Source: Eledone cirrhosa (lineage: Eukaryota). From it: a stretch of 64,000 nt of DNA. The notes beneath the pieces were generated by a model. The model searched no databases. It worked only from the letters and a program-made list of their open reading frames with translations, and was not told the DNA's origin. Numbering within the stretch: position 1 is the stretch's first letter; every line of letters starts with the position of its first letter. The stretch is from contig OZ024742.1 of assembly GCA_964016885.1 (NCBI GenBank), positions 70,556,001 through 70,620,000 of the forward strand, in the 5' to 3' direction. This document shows positions 39,409-51,240 of this stretch, in pieces. The position numbers and the translations under genes were made by a program.

Positions 39409-42400
39409 AGATAGATATATTTCTTTATTAGGCGCACAAGGGCGCACAAGAAAAGGGAACAATACAAAGACATGCCGGGGATTTTACATACAGTCGTGTA
39501 AAAAATATAAAAACAAACAATTACAACAATCGAAATCCCCAATAGAGGGGAGGCGCCACAAATGGGTTGTTTAATACCCCGTTGATAGAACAACCCTCAA
39601 CTCCAGGAGCGTCCAAGTGCTCCTTTCTTCCTTTTGCTTTCTTCCTCAACCTACAGGCTTATAAACAGAGAAGGCCCAATCACTCGGGCCATTTTCGCTT
39701 CATTCACCCACCATTCAGTAAATTTACTGGGGTGCAGTGCCTCTCTCTCCACCCTGATTCTCCTTCTAAAGTGATACTTAAAGAAGGGAATCAATTGTTG
39801 TCCGGAGAGAAAGGCATCTGACCTCAGTCCTCTCAACCTCGTCCACCATATAACTTCTTTCACCATAGCCACCGTACAGAGGAAAACCGCCTCTCTTTCG
39901 TTTTTGAAAGAGGGTGGCGGTTTGATCCTTACTATGGACTCGGCAGTCAACTGGATTTGTCCCATACGCGACAGCAGTTGTTCTGCATAGATCCACAGGT
40001 CAGTTACGCCCGGGCAGTGTACAATTGCGTGCAGGACTGTTTCAATGTCCTGCGCGCATCTTGGACACGTCCTCTTGGAAGGATCTCTGCCAGGGCGTCC
40101 GTGCCTGTAGATCTTGTCACGAACCGGTAGAGCTCCTCGGTAGCACTGCCAGGCCAGGGACCTCTAGAAGTTGTCCATAGGTCCTGGGCGGAAAGTCCTA
40201 CCAAACAAACTGGTGAGCTCATCGTCTTCGACGCACAGAGTCTCTCCGAGCACGTCGTCGCCCTTGTAACGTACAATCCCTCTATAGAATGACGAAGTGG
40301 AGTCTCCACTGATTGTTGCGCCCGCTTGCCAGAGGACTGTGAGCGCCTGAGCGCCTTCAATGTGCCAGGCGCCCATCGTTTTCGGTCTTTTCTTCACCCA
40401 GGACTGCAGCTCCGTCAGCGAGACGAGCTGTGGGAAAGCCTGTCTCACAAACGGTGCCCACACCGGTTGGGGGTCGGTGAGGAATACCTGGAGATGCCGC
40501 ACCTCAGCGCATGTTTGCGCATCATCAGCCACGGCATTCCCAGCCCTCCGTTGGAAGGGTGCTGACAGCAGACGGATCTCCTCACCAGCGGAGCCTGCTT
40601 CTTCCACAGAAACTGGAAGAGCATGCGTTCCATCTTGGCGTGGTGTTCACGGGGACAAGGCACGACAGTCAAGCGGTAGTAGATGACGAACGCTATGAAA
40701 GTGTTCGCCACCTCCGCTCGACCTTTCAAGGGCAGTTTGCACTCTGCCCACTTCTGGGTGAGTGCAAAAACCTTGGCCCTGACCTCGTTCCAGTTTTTCT
40801 CCACCTGGAGGTCTGGACCGAACCAGACCCCGAGCAATTTCACCGGTCCGTCCGTCCAGCGTCCAACGACGCTGTCGGACGTCATCGGTTTGCCTCTCCA
40901 CGTACCGAGTTGCAAACCGACAGACTTGTCCGTTTTAGTTTTGCTCCCGTCAGCGTTTCGTATTCTTTCAGTAAGTTGCCGATCACCCCGATTTCCGAGG
41001 TTCTCGACACCATTACCGTCACGCCGCTTTGCGCAGTCCCGGTTCTAGAGGGATGCCCTGCAACAGCTCCAATTTCCGCAGTAGTGGCTCTAGAGTCAAT
41101 ACATACAGAATGGAGGAGAGAGGGCACCCCTGTCGAATGGAACGCGTGATTGCGAACGGCTCCGATAGGTAGCCGTTCACCTTGACCCTCGAGCAGATGC
41201 TGGTGTGCATCGCCTCGATCCATCCTCTGAACACGGGACCGAAACCGGCCGCCTTGAGAACCGCTTCCAAGTATCGATGGTCGACCCTATGCAATGCCTT
41301 AGACTGATCCAAGTTGATCAGAGCCCCACCTCTCTATGATGTATCGCACTCTATGATCAGAGCCCCACCCTCTCTATGATGTATCGCATGAGGTGGAGGT
41401 TGTCGTGTATGGACCTGGTCGGGATTGCACACGTTTGCGCTTTCCCTACTAGGTTCTCGACGACAAACGCCAACCTCGTCGTTAGCACCTGGGCCAAAAT
41501 CTTTAACTCTGTGTTGAGCAGAGTTATGAGCCTGAAGTTGTTAATTTCGTCCCCCTTGTTCTCGTCTTTCTTGATCAGCGTTACTACGCCCTTGCCTGCA
41601 GAACTGGGAATTCTCCCGTTCTGCTGCCAATGGCAGTAGACGGCTTCGAGGACGCCAGAGAACAAGTCCGGCATGCCTATGTAAAATTCGTAGGGTAGAC
41701 CATCTAGACCGAGTGACTTGCGTTTCCCGCAGCGGCCCAGAGCGTCCCGTATCTTAGTGTCCGTGATCGGTCTTTCGCAGAACTCGGCGTCCGTGTTCGA
41801 GAGACGCGGCAGGCCGTCGAGGTATGAACTAAAGTCCATTGCCCCGTTCGGCTCACCGTCGTTCTGCTCAAACAGTCGCGCAAAGTGCCGCTGAAAGGCC
41901 GCGCACATTTGCTTGGGGTCAAGTAGCACGCGTCCGTTTTGGTCTTTCAAAGACCGAATCGTGGACTTGTTGCCACTTTTTGCCTCCGCCACTCGGGCCC
42001 AGCTGACAGCTTTCGTTCCTTCGTTTCCTAGAGCACGTGTTTTGCTTCTGACCACGCAGCCTTCGTGTTTCGCATCGAAGAACTGGTCCAGTGCCGTTCT
42101 CGACGCTAACACTCTAGCCGCGTTGCCACTTCTAAGTGCCTCCTCTACCTTGGCTACTAGTTCTCTTTCTATTCTGTTTTTCTCTAAGGCTAACTCTCTG
42201 CTATACCCTATCGATTCTATTCTAATTGCTTTCTTGAGAGAGTACCACCATCTATTGTTGACGATGGCTCCCGTTAACTGTTGCTTGACTAGTCTACTTA
42301 TCCGTTCACTGTAAGCTTTACGTGCCGGCAACGACACGTTCAGCTTCCAGTATCCGGGAACCTGTCTATATATTCTATCACGGTTGACTAAGCAGACGAC

Positions 42401-45238
42401 TAACTTGTGATCTGAATAGGCAACCATGTGCATTCGTGGACAGCTTAACATCTCCTTGTCCCTTTCTCTAAGGAAGAACCTATCTAAATACGATCTAGAT
42501 GTCCCACTGCGGTTTGCCCACGTCCACTGTGATGCAGTCGAGAAATCCAGTCGATACCTATCGGCCAGTTGGAATTGGCCGATTAAATTTTTGAGGCTGT
42601 TGCACCCCGCTCTACTGGGACATGCTCCCACATAGTCCCATCGTGCATCTAGGATACCATTCCAGTCCCCCACTAAAAGTAAGGAGCGAGACGTTCCCAG
42701 AAAAAACTCTAGACGCTTAAAGAAGTCTGGCCGTGATTGCGATTGCCCGGTTGGAGCATAAACGGCCACCAGTCTGAAGGCTCCACCTCCGATACTGTTC
42801 ACGTCTAGGACTACCAGTCTACCCTCCGAGTCGAAGTCTACTTGCTGTACTCCGACGTCCAGGTTCTTCCGAAACATGACAGCCACTCCACCTCCACCTC
42901 CTGGCTGACAGAGAGATGCGTAGATCTCAAAGTCGTCGAAGATGGGGGTTAGTTGTTGCCTGTTGTGGATCCTGGACTCGGTGATGGCTATCACATCCAT
43001 ACTGTGTGACCTAAGGTCGTTTAAAAGTTGGCCCTGTTTCCAGGGCATCCCTAGACCACGCACATTCGCGGTTCCAACTCATAAACTAGCCATGTTGGTG
43101 AAGAAAAGTTGGAGAAAAAGGACGAAAGGTGCACTTACCTTTTCATTTCCTGGAGATCGGGTTGTTCAATCTCCATTTGGGTGCTGGATGGGGTGTAGGG
43201 TGGGGTGGGGAAACATTTTAACAGGACGGGGTTGATGGGTTTGTGGCAGGGGTTGCCCACGTTCTGTGAACATTTATTTTTTAGGTCATTATAGGTTTCC
43301 ATAGAAACCCTTATAAGTTTAAGGTGTGGAGACGATTCTGCCTTGACGAAAGTTTTGCCTTCCGTCTCCACCTTGGGGTTTTGGGAGATTACCTCCATCA
43401 AACACTTGTTGTTTGTGTTGATGTATGCGTATTGTTGTTTGTGTTTTTGTTGTGTTGTTTTAGTTTGTTGTTCGTCCGGGAGTTTTCTTTTTATGGTGGG
43501 TGCTTGTGTTTGGGGTGGTGTTGGTGCTGGTTTTGCTGATAGGGGGATGTTTGACTGTGGTGTTGTTTGTGTTGTTGTTTGTGTCTGTGGTTGTGTATTG
43601 GTGTTGGTGATTGGAGTTTTGGGGGTTTTGTGGTGTCTCTTTTTTTTGTTTTTTTAGATTTCCGCGGTTCTCCCTCTTCTTCACTTAAAGAAGGAGAAGC
43701 AGCTTCATCCGTCGATGAATAATCATCGTCAGGTGTGTGGGGTAAGGGTATGTTGTGTGGTGGTGGTGTTTCGGTGTGTGTGTTTGTGGTAGTGTTTGAG
43801 GGAGTGGGATGGAGTGGGGCTGTGTTCTTCAAGGGTGTTGTCTCTGTTTTTTCTGTTGTTGTTGGTTGAGTTTCTGTTTGTTTTGGTGTGGTTTCTCGTT
43901 TCGTTTGTCGTTGTACTTGTGGTGGTGGTGGTTGTTTTGGTGTTGGTGTTGGTAATAGCGTTTTTTTATGACGTTGTTGTTGTGTGTTTGTGAACAAGAG
44001 GCTTTTAGGTGTGCTGTGCTACCACAGCGAAAGCAATGAAATTTTCGTCCTTCTACGGAAATGTTTATTTTGTTGTTATCATCGATAACGACTCATTCGG
44101 GTATTTTGGAGATTCTCTCCGGTTTCATTTGCAACAGAATCTCCAAATCTGTGCCCGCCCACCTTTGTCGAATAGATTTTCGTATCGAAAGTATCATATC
44201 AGTTTCTGGCTCTACGAAGCCAGCCAAGATCCACCAGATGTTAATGTTTGGAGGTATGTTTTTTTATTTTTAGTTTTTGTGTCCTTTTTCCCATGTATGT
44301 ATGGAAAAAGGTGTATGCTTTTGACACCATTGGTGTCACAAAGTTTTTTGGGGCGAGTGCCTCGCTTTTAAACAGTACGGAAACACTTCCGTACTGTTTT
44401 CCTCGCTGGAGAAAATCGACATTTGCTAGAATTTCCTTGAAAGTATCTTCTATATCTGCTTGGTTATGTCGGCTTTTTTGTGGAATTTGACTCAGTCCTA
44501 AAGGTGACTGATCTGCGGATTGTGTCTTCCTTTATTTCAAGGGGTGAGTTAATTCTAAACCCACCTCTTTCTTCGAAAGTTACAAATTTTCTCCCTTGCT
44601 GGAGCATATCTCTTGCGTTGGAGATATCAAGATTTATAAAATCTTGTTTTTTGTTCACTGTTTCAGCGAAAGACATTTTCTTTTTTTTTGTGTGGTGTTG
44701 CTGTTGTTGTTGTTACCGTTGTTGGAAATCTCAGTTCCTTATCGAGGTGAAACATTATGTGTATATGTATCTGTAGAGTTGTTGATGTCTTTTTCATGTG
44801 TATGTATGTTAATGGGTTTAATTCCTGTGTTTTCCTGTGTGTTATTGTTATTTTTCTCCGCTTCGACGGTAGAAATTTTAAAATTTTTAAGTGTTAATAT
44901 ATTTTTCTCTTTGTTGACACTTGTATATATGGCGACGTCCAAAGTGGCAGAAGCAGATATAACGTTAATATCTGCCTCTTTCTCTCTCTTTTCTCTATTA
45001 ACGTTCTCCAGCGTTCTTGTGTTGCTCAAGTTATTTAGTTTGTAAAATCTGATATTTTAAAACAAATTTTTAAAATAAAATGTTCGCCCCTACAGGTGCG
45101 AAAAATGGGATTACCACCCAGCTGACAATTCAGCTTGGGGGTTAATCTACAAAGTGTTATGTTTTTTCAAACAATTAGTTCGGTTTTTTTGCATAGAAAT
45201 TAACAAAAAACCGACGATGTTCCGCGCGTCAGACAGAA
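39409..45238 (-). mobile_element. L1/Tx1-like LINE copy A (subfamily 1), apparently full length, decayed
   Basis: ORF1 remnants at 43135 to about 45030 and ORF2 at 39651-43093 (APE LVGDWN, SDH; RT) with frameshifts, a deleted YADD region and a local duplication at 41320-41390. AATAAA plus a short TATC tail. Confidence 0.92.
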
Positions 45239-45242
45239 AGAG

Positions 45243-45314
<72 letters not shown>

Positions 45315-45785
45315 TTCTTTATTAGCCACAAGGGCGCAACAAGAAAGGGGACAATACAAAGACATGCCGGGGATTTTACATACAGTCGTGTAAAAAATAT
45401 AAAAACAAACAATTTCAACAATCGAAATCCCCAATAGGGGGGAGGCGCCACAAATGGGTTGTTTAATACCCCGTCGATAGAACAACCCTCAACTCAAGGA
45501 GCGTGTTGTGCAAGTGCTCCTTTCTTCCTTTTGCTCTCTTCCTCAACCTACAGGCTTATAAACAGAGAAGGCCCAATCACTCGGGCCATTTTCGCTTCAT
45601 TCACCCACCTTTCAGTAAATTTACTGGGGTGCAGTGCCTCTCTCTCCACCCTGATTCTCCTTCTAAAGTGATACTTAAAGAATGGAATCAATTGTTGTCC
45701 GGAGAGAAAGGCATCTGTCCTCAGTCCTCTCAACCTCGTCCACCATATAACTTCTTTCACCATAGCCACCGTACAGAGGAAAACC
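45239..45785 (-). mobile_element. Tx1-like copy B (subfamily 1), 5'-truncated, with (TATC)n tail
   Basis: Matches the 3' end of A. Tail at about 45243-45315. Confidence 0.92.
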
Positions 45786-46817
45786 ATAGATAGATAGACA
45801 GATAGATTTCTTTATTAGCCACAAGGGCGCAACAAGAAAGGGGACAATACAAAGACATGCCGGGGATTTTACATACAGTCGTGTAAAAAATATAAAAACA
45901 AACAATTTCAACAATCGAAATCCCCAATAGAGCGGAGGCGCCACAAATGGGTTGTTTAATACCCCGTCGATAGAACAACCCTCAACTCCAGGAGCGTCCA
46001 AGTGCTCCTTTCTTCCTTTTGCTTTCTTCCTCAACCTACAGGCTTATAAACAGAGAAGGCCCAATCACTCGGGCCATTTTCGCTTCATTCACCCACCATT
46101 CAGTAAATTTACTGGGGTGCAGTGCCTCTCTCTCCACCCTGATTCTCCTTCTAAAGTGATACTTAAAGAATGGAATCAATTGTTGTCCGGAGAGAAAGGC
46201 ATCTGTCCTCAGTCCTCTCAACCTCGTCCACCATATAACTTCTTTCACCATAGCCACCGTACAGAGGAAAACCGCCTCTCTTTCGTTTTTGAAAGAGTCT
46301 GGTGTTTTGATCCTTACTATGGACTCGGCAGTCAACTGGATTTCTCCCATACGCGACAGCAGTTGTTCTGCATAGTTCTACAATTGCGTGCAGAACTGTT
46401 TCAATGTCCTGCGCACATCTTGGACACGTCCTCTTGGAAGGATCCCTGCCAGGGCGTCTGTGCCTGTAGATCTTGTCACGAACCGGTAGAGCTCCTCGGT
46501 AGCACTGCCAGGCCAGGGACCTCTAGAAGTTGTCCATAGGTCCTGGGCGGAAAGTCCTACCAAACAGACTGGTGAGCTCATCGTCTTCGACGCCCAGAGT
46601 CTCTCCGAGCACGTCGTCTCCCTCTATAGAATGTCGAAGTGGAGTCTCCACTGATTGCTGCGCCCGCTTGCCAGAGGACTGTGAGCGCCTGAGCACATTC
46701 GATGTGCCAGGCGCCCATCGTTTTCGGTCTTTTCTTCACCCAGGACTGCAGCTCCGTCAGCGAGACGAGCTGTGGGAAAGCCAGTCTCACAAACGGTGCC
46801 CACACCGGTTGGGGGTC
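45786..46817 (-). mobile_element. Tx1-like copy C (subfamily 1), 5'-truncated
   Basis: Matches about 1 kb of the 3' end of A. Its tail abuts the 5' end of B. Confidence 0.92.
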
Positions 46818-46828
46818 TAAATAGATAA

Positions 46829-46887
<59 letters not shown>

Positions 46888-47516
46888 TGTTTCTTTATTA
46901 GCCACAGGGGCACAAAAGAAGGGGACAAATACAAAGAGGGAAGTTTACATACAATAAAAACGTGTAAAATGTTATCACAAATGCAATTTAAAAAGTTAGT
47001 CGATTTTCTCCAATAGGGGGAGACAGTTCATATGGGTAACACATACCCCCGAAAAAATGTGCAACCCTCATCTCCAAGAGTACGAAGAGTTCGTACTCCT
47101 TTCCTCTCCTCCTCCTTTTCCTCAACCTACAGGCTGATATAGAGAGAAGGCCCATTCACTCGGGCCATTCTCGCCACTTTCACCCACCTATCATAAAACT
47201 TGCTGGGGTACAGCACCTCTCTCTCCATCCTGATTCTTCTTCCAAAGTGGTATTTGAAAAAAAGAATCAGTTGTTGGACGGAGAGAAAGGTGTCTGACCT
47301 CAGCCCTTTCAACCTTGTCCACCATACAACCTCTTTCGCCATAGCTATCACACAAAGGAAAACCGCCTCTCCTTCGTTTTTGAAGGAGGGTGGCGGTTTG
47401 ATTATGACAATGGACTCGGTGGTCAACCGGATTGGTCCCACCCGCGACAATAGTCGTTCTACATAGCCCCACAGGTCAGTGACGCCCGGGCAGTGTATGA
47501 ATGCGTGCGCGACGGT
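46818..47516 (-). mobile_element. Tx1-like copy D (subfamily 2), 5'-truncated
   Basis: Matches the 3' end of E. (TATC)n tail at 46818-46886. Confidence 0.92.
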
Positions 47517-47769
47517 AGATAGATAGAAATATTTCTTTATTAGCCACAGGGGCACAAAAGAAGGGGACAAATACAAAGGGGGAAGTTTACATACAATAAA
47601 AACGTGTAAAATGTTATCACAGATGGAATTTAAAAGTTAGTCGATTTTCCCCAATAGAGGGAGACAGTTTATATGGGTAACACATACCCCCGAAAAAAAA
47701 TGTGCAACCCTCATCTCCAGGAGTACGAAGAGTTTGTACTCCTTTCCTCTCCTCCTCCTTTTCCTCAAC

Positions 47770-50700
47770 CTACAGGCTGATATAGAGAGAAGGCCCATTC
47801 ACTCGGGCCATTCTCGCCACTTTCACCCACCTTTCATAAAACTTGCTGGGGTACAGCACCTCTCTCTCCATCCTGATTCTTCTTCCAAAGTGGTATTTGA
47901 AAAAAAGAATCAGTTGTTGGCCGGAGAGAAATGTGTCTGACCTCAGCCCTTTCAACCTTGTCCACCATACAACCTCTTTCGCCATAGCTATCACACAAAG
48001 GAAAACCGCCTCTCCTTCGTTTTTGAAGGAGGGTGGCGGTTTGATCATGACAATGGACTCGGTGGTCAACTGGATTGGTCCCACCCGCGACAATAGTCGT
48101 TCTACATAGCCCCACAGGTCAGTGACGCCCGGGCAGTGTATGAATGCGTGCGCAACGGTTTCTTCGTCTCGCACGCACCTCGGACAGATCTTTTTTGCAG
48201 GGTCCCTGCCCGGGCGCCCATGTCTGTAGAGCTTGTCTCGAACTGGTAGAGCTCCTCGGTAGCACTGCCAGGCCAGGGACTTTTGGAAGTTGTCCATCGA
48301 TTCCGGGCGGAAGGTCCTACCGAACAGACTGGCCAGTTCATCTTCCTCCACGCCTAGAGTTTCACCGAGCGCGTCGTCGCACTTGCTGCGGACCAACCCT
48401 CTATAGAATGACGAAGTGGAGTCTCCACTGATCGCCGGGTCCGCCTGCCAGAGGGCTGTGAGCGCCTGAGCACATTCGATGTGCCAGTCGCCCATTTTCC
48501 TCGGTCTCTGCTTGACCCAGGACTGCAGCTCGGTCAGCGAGACGAGTCGTGGGAAGGCTCGCCTCACGAACGGGGCCCACACCGGTTGTCCGGTGAGGAA
48601 TACGTAGAGATGCCGCATCCTGAGCGCGTGTTTGCGCATCGTCAACCACGGCATCTCCAGCCCTCCGTTAGAAGGGTGTTGGCAGCAGATGGATCTTCTT
48701 ACCAAAGGAGCCCGCCTCTTCCAAAGGAATCGGAAGAGGGCGCGCTCCATTTTGGCGAGCGCTTTGGCTGGACAAGGCACGACGGTCAAGCGGTAGTAGA
48801 TGGCGGACGCTATAAAAGTGTTCGCCACCTCCGCTCGACCTTTCAAGGATAGTTTGCACTCGGCCCATTTCTGGGTGAGTGCAAACACCTTGGCCGTCAC
48901 TTCGTTCCAGTTCTTCTCCACCTGGAGATCCGGACCAAACCAGACCCCGAGCAGCTTTACCGGTCCTTCCGTCCAGCGTCCGACGACGCCATCGAAAGGC
49001 ATCGGTCTGCCTCTCCACGATCCGAGTTGCAGACCGATGGACTTGTCCCGGTTCAGCTTCGCTCCTGTGAGACTTTCGTATTCCTTTAGTAAGGTGCCGA
49101 CTTCCTCGATTTGCGAGGCGCTCGACACCATTACTGTCACGTCGTCGGCGTAGGCCGACGCCGCTTTCCGCAGTCCCGGTTCCAGAGGGATGCCCTGCAA
49201 TAGCTCCAGCTTCCGCAGTAGTGGCTCGAGAGTCAGTACGTACAGAAGGGAGGAGAGAGGGCATCCCTGTCGAATGGATCGCGTAATATGGAACGGCTCC
49301 GAGAGGTAACCGTTCACCTTGACCCTAGAGCAGATGTTGCTGTTGTGCATTGCAGCAATCCAGCCCCTGAACACGGGTCCGAAGCCTGCCGCCTCGAGCA
49401 CCGCATCCAGGTAACGATGGTCAACCCTATCGAAAGCCTTAGATTGATCCAAGTTGATCAGGGCCCCACCGAAGCCGGGTTTACACCCTACCCTCTCTAT
49501 GATGTATCGCATGAGGTGGAGGTTGTCGTGTATGGACCTGGTCGGGATCGCGCATGTCTGCGCTTCTCCCACCAGGTTCTCGACGACAAGCGCCAGCCTC
49601 TTTGCCAACACCTTGGCCAAAATCTGTAACTCTGTGTTTAGCAGAGTTATGGGCCGGAAGTTGCCTATGTCATCCCCCTTATTCTCGTCCTTCCTGATTA
49701 GTGTGACCACGCCCCCGGTTACAGAACTGGGAATTCTCCCGTTCTGTTGCCAGTTGCAGTAGACCGCTTCCAGGAGACCGGAGAATAAGTCCGGCATTGC
49801 TACGTAAAATTCGTATGGTAGACCGTCGAGACCTGGAGATTTGCGTTTGCCGCAATGGCTCAGCGCGTCCCCTATCTCAGTGGCTGAAATCGGCTTTTCG
49901 CAGAATTTCGCCTCACTGTCCGAGAGTCGCGGTAGGCCGTCGAGGTATGGACCGAAATCCATAGCCTCTCCCGGCGCGGCGCTCCCCCCGAACAGCCGAG
50001 CAAAGTGCCGCTGAAAAGCCGCACACATCTGCTTCGGCTCACGTATCACGCGTCCGTTTTGGTCCTTCAAAGACCGAATCGTGGACTTGTTGCCACTTTT
50101 TGCCTCCGTCACTCGGGCCCAGCTAACAGCTTTGGCTCCCTCGTTTCCCAGAGCACGTATTTTGCTTCTGACAACGCAGCCCTCGTGCTTTGCGTCGAAG
50201 AACTGGTCCAAGGCCGTTCTCGTTGCTAGCACGCTGGCTACGTTGCCACTTCTAATTGCCTCTTCTACTTTATCTACCAGTTCCTTCTCGGTTCTATTTC
50301 TATCTAACGCTAATTCTTTACTAAAAACTATCGAGTCTAATCTAACTGCCCTCTTGAGAGAGTACCACCATCTGTTGTTGACAATGGCCCCTGTCAAGTG
50401 CTGTTTAACTAAAGTGCTAATCCGTCTACTGTAGGCTTTGCTTGTCGGTAACGACAAGTTCAGCTTCCAGTAGCCGGGTCCTTGTCTATGGGTTCTATCA
50501 AGGTTGGCCATGCAGGTCACTAGTTTGTGATCTGAATAGGCAACCATGAACATTTGTGGACAGCTTAACATGTCCCTATCCTTATTTCTAACTAGAACCC
50601 TATCTAGGTACGATCTAGATGTTCCGCTACGATTACTCCACGTCCACAGTGGCGCAGTCGGAAAATCTAGTCGATATCTATCGGCCAGGTCAAATCGGTC

Positions 50701-51207
50701 GATTAACTGTTTGAGGCTGTTACACCCCCCTTTTCCGGGACATGCTCCCACATAGTCCCAACGTGCATCTAGGATTCCATTCCAGTCCCCCACTAAAAGC
50801 AAGGAGCGGGACGTTCCCAGAAAAGTCTCTAGACGTTTGAAGAAGGCTGGCCGCGGTGTCCCGGATGGGGCATATGCGGCCACCAGCCTGAAGGCTCCAC
50901 CTTCACTACCGTCAACGTCTAGGACCACCAGTCGACCCTCCGGGTCCAGATGTACCGTCTGTGTTACGAGGCCCAGGTGTTTCCGCAGCAAAACGGCAAC
51001 TCCGCCCCCACCCCCCGGTTGACAGAGAGATGCGTAGATCTCAAAGTCATCGAAGATGGGGGCCAGTTGTCGCTCACCGTGGATCCTGGACTCGCAAATG
51101 GCTACCACATCCATACTGTGCGATCTGAGGTCGTTTAAGAGTTTGCCCTGTTTCCAGGGCATCCCCAGGCCGCGTACGTTCACACATCCAACTCTTATAT
51201 TGGCCAT
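47770..51207 (-). CDS. L1/Tx1-clade ORF2p: APE endonuclease + reverse transcriptase + C-terminal CCHC (1145 aa)
   Basis: NVRGL, LVGDWN, YLDRV, YSDH; KSPGLDG, FRPITLLN, LDQSKAFDRV, RQGCPLS, AYADD, KLLG; CPRC..ETVAHAFIHC. Confidence 0.96.
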   Translation of the reverse strand: MANIRVGCVNVRGLGMPWKQGKLLNDLRSHSMDVVAICESRIHGERQLAPIFDDFEIYASLCQPGGGGGVAVLLRKHLGLVTQTVHLDPEGRLVVLDVDGSEGGAFRLVAAYAPSGTPRPAFFKRLETFLGTSRSLLLVGDWNGILDARWDYVGACPGKGGCNSLKQLIDRFDLADRYRLDFPTAPLWTWSNRSGTSRSYLDRVLVRNKDRDMLSCPQMFMVAYSDHKLVTCMANLDRTHRQGPGYWKLNLSLPTSKAYSRRISTLVKQHLTGAIVNNRWWYSLKRAVRLDSIVFSKELALDRNRTEKELVDKVEEAIRSGNVASVLATRTALDQFFDAKHEGCVVRSKIRALGNEGAKAVSWARVTEAKSGNKSTIRSLKDQNGRVIREPKQMCAAFQRHFARLFGGSAAPGEAMDFGPYLDGLPRLSDSEAKFCEKPISATEIGDALSHCGKRKSPGLDGLPYEFYVAMPDLFSGLLEAVYCNWQQNGRIPSSVTGGVVTLIRKDENKGDDIGNFRPITLLNTELQILAKVLAKRLALVVENLVGEAQTCAIPTRSIHDNLHLMRYIIERVGCKPGFGGALINLDQSKAFDRVDHRYLDAVLEAAGFGPVFRGWIAAMHNSNICSRVKVNGYLSEPFHITRSIRQGCPLSSLLYVLTLEPLLRKLELLQGIPLEPGLRKAASAYADDVTVMVSSASQIEEVGTLLKEYESLTGAKLNRDKSIGLQLGSWRGRPMPFDGVVGRWTEGPVKLLGVWFGPDLQVEKNWNEVTAKVFALTQKWAECKLSLKGRAEVANTFIASAIYYRLTVVPCPAKALAKMERALFRFLWKRRAPLVRRSICCQHPSNGGLEMPWLTMRKHALRMRHLYVFLTGQPVWAPFVRRAFPRLVSLTELQSWVKQRPRKMGDWHIECAQALTALWQADPAISGDSTSSFYRGLVRSKCDDALGETLGVEEDELASLFGRTFRPESMDNFQKSLAWQCYRGALPVRDKLYRHGRPGRDPAKKICPRCVRDEETVAHAFIHCPGVTDLWGYVERLLSRVGPIQLTTESIVMIKPPPSFKNEGEAVFLCVIAMAKEVVWWTRLKGLRSDTFLSGQQLILFFKYHFGRRIRMEREVLYPSKFYERWVKVARMARVNGPSLYISL

Positions 51208-51240
51208 GTTGGTGCTGAAAAGTTAAAAGAGGAAAAGAGA

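Noticed and set aside
45675-46034. Open frame through the subfamily 1 3' UTR with a hydrophobic stretch, as a third ORF
   Set aside because: It is stopped in copy A, not conserved in subfamilies 2 and 3, and runs into the tail without a stop.
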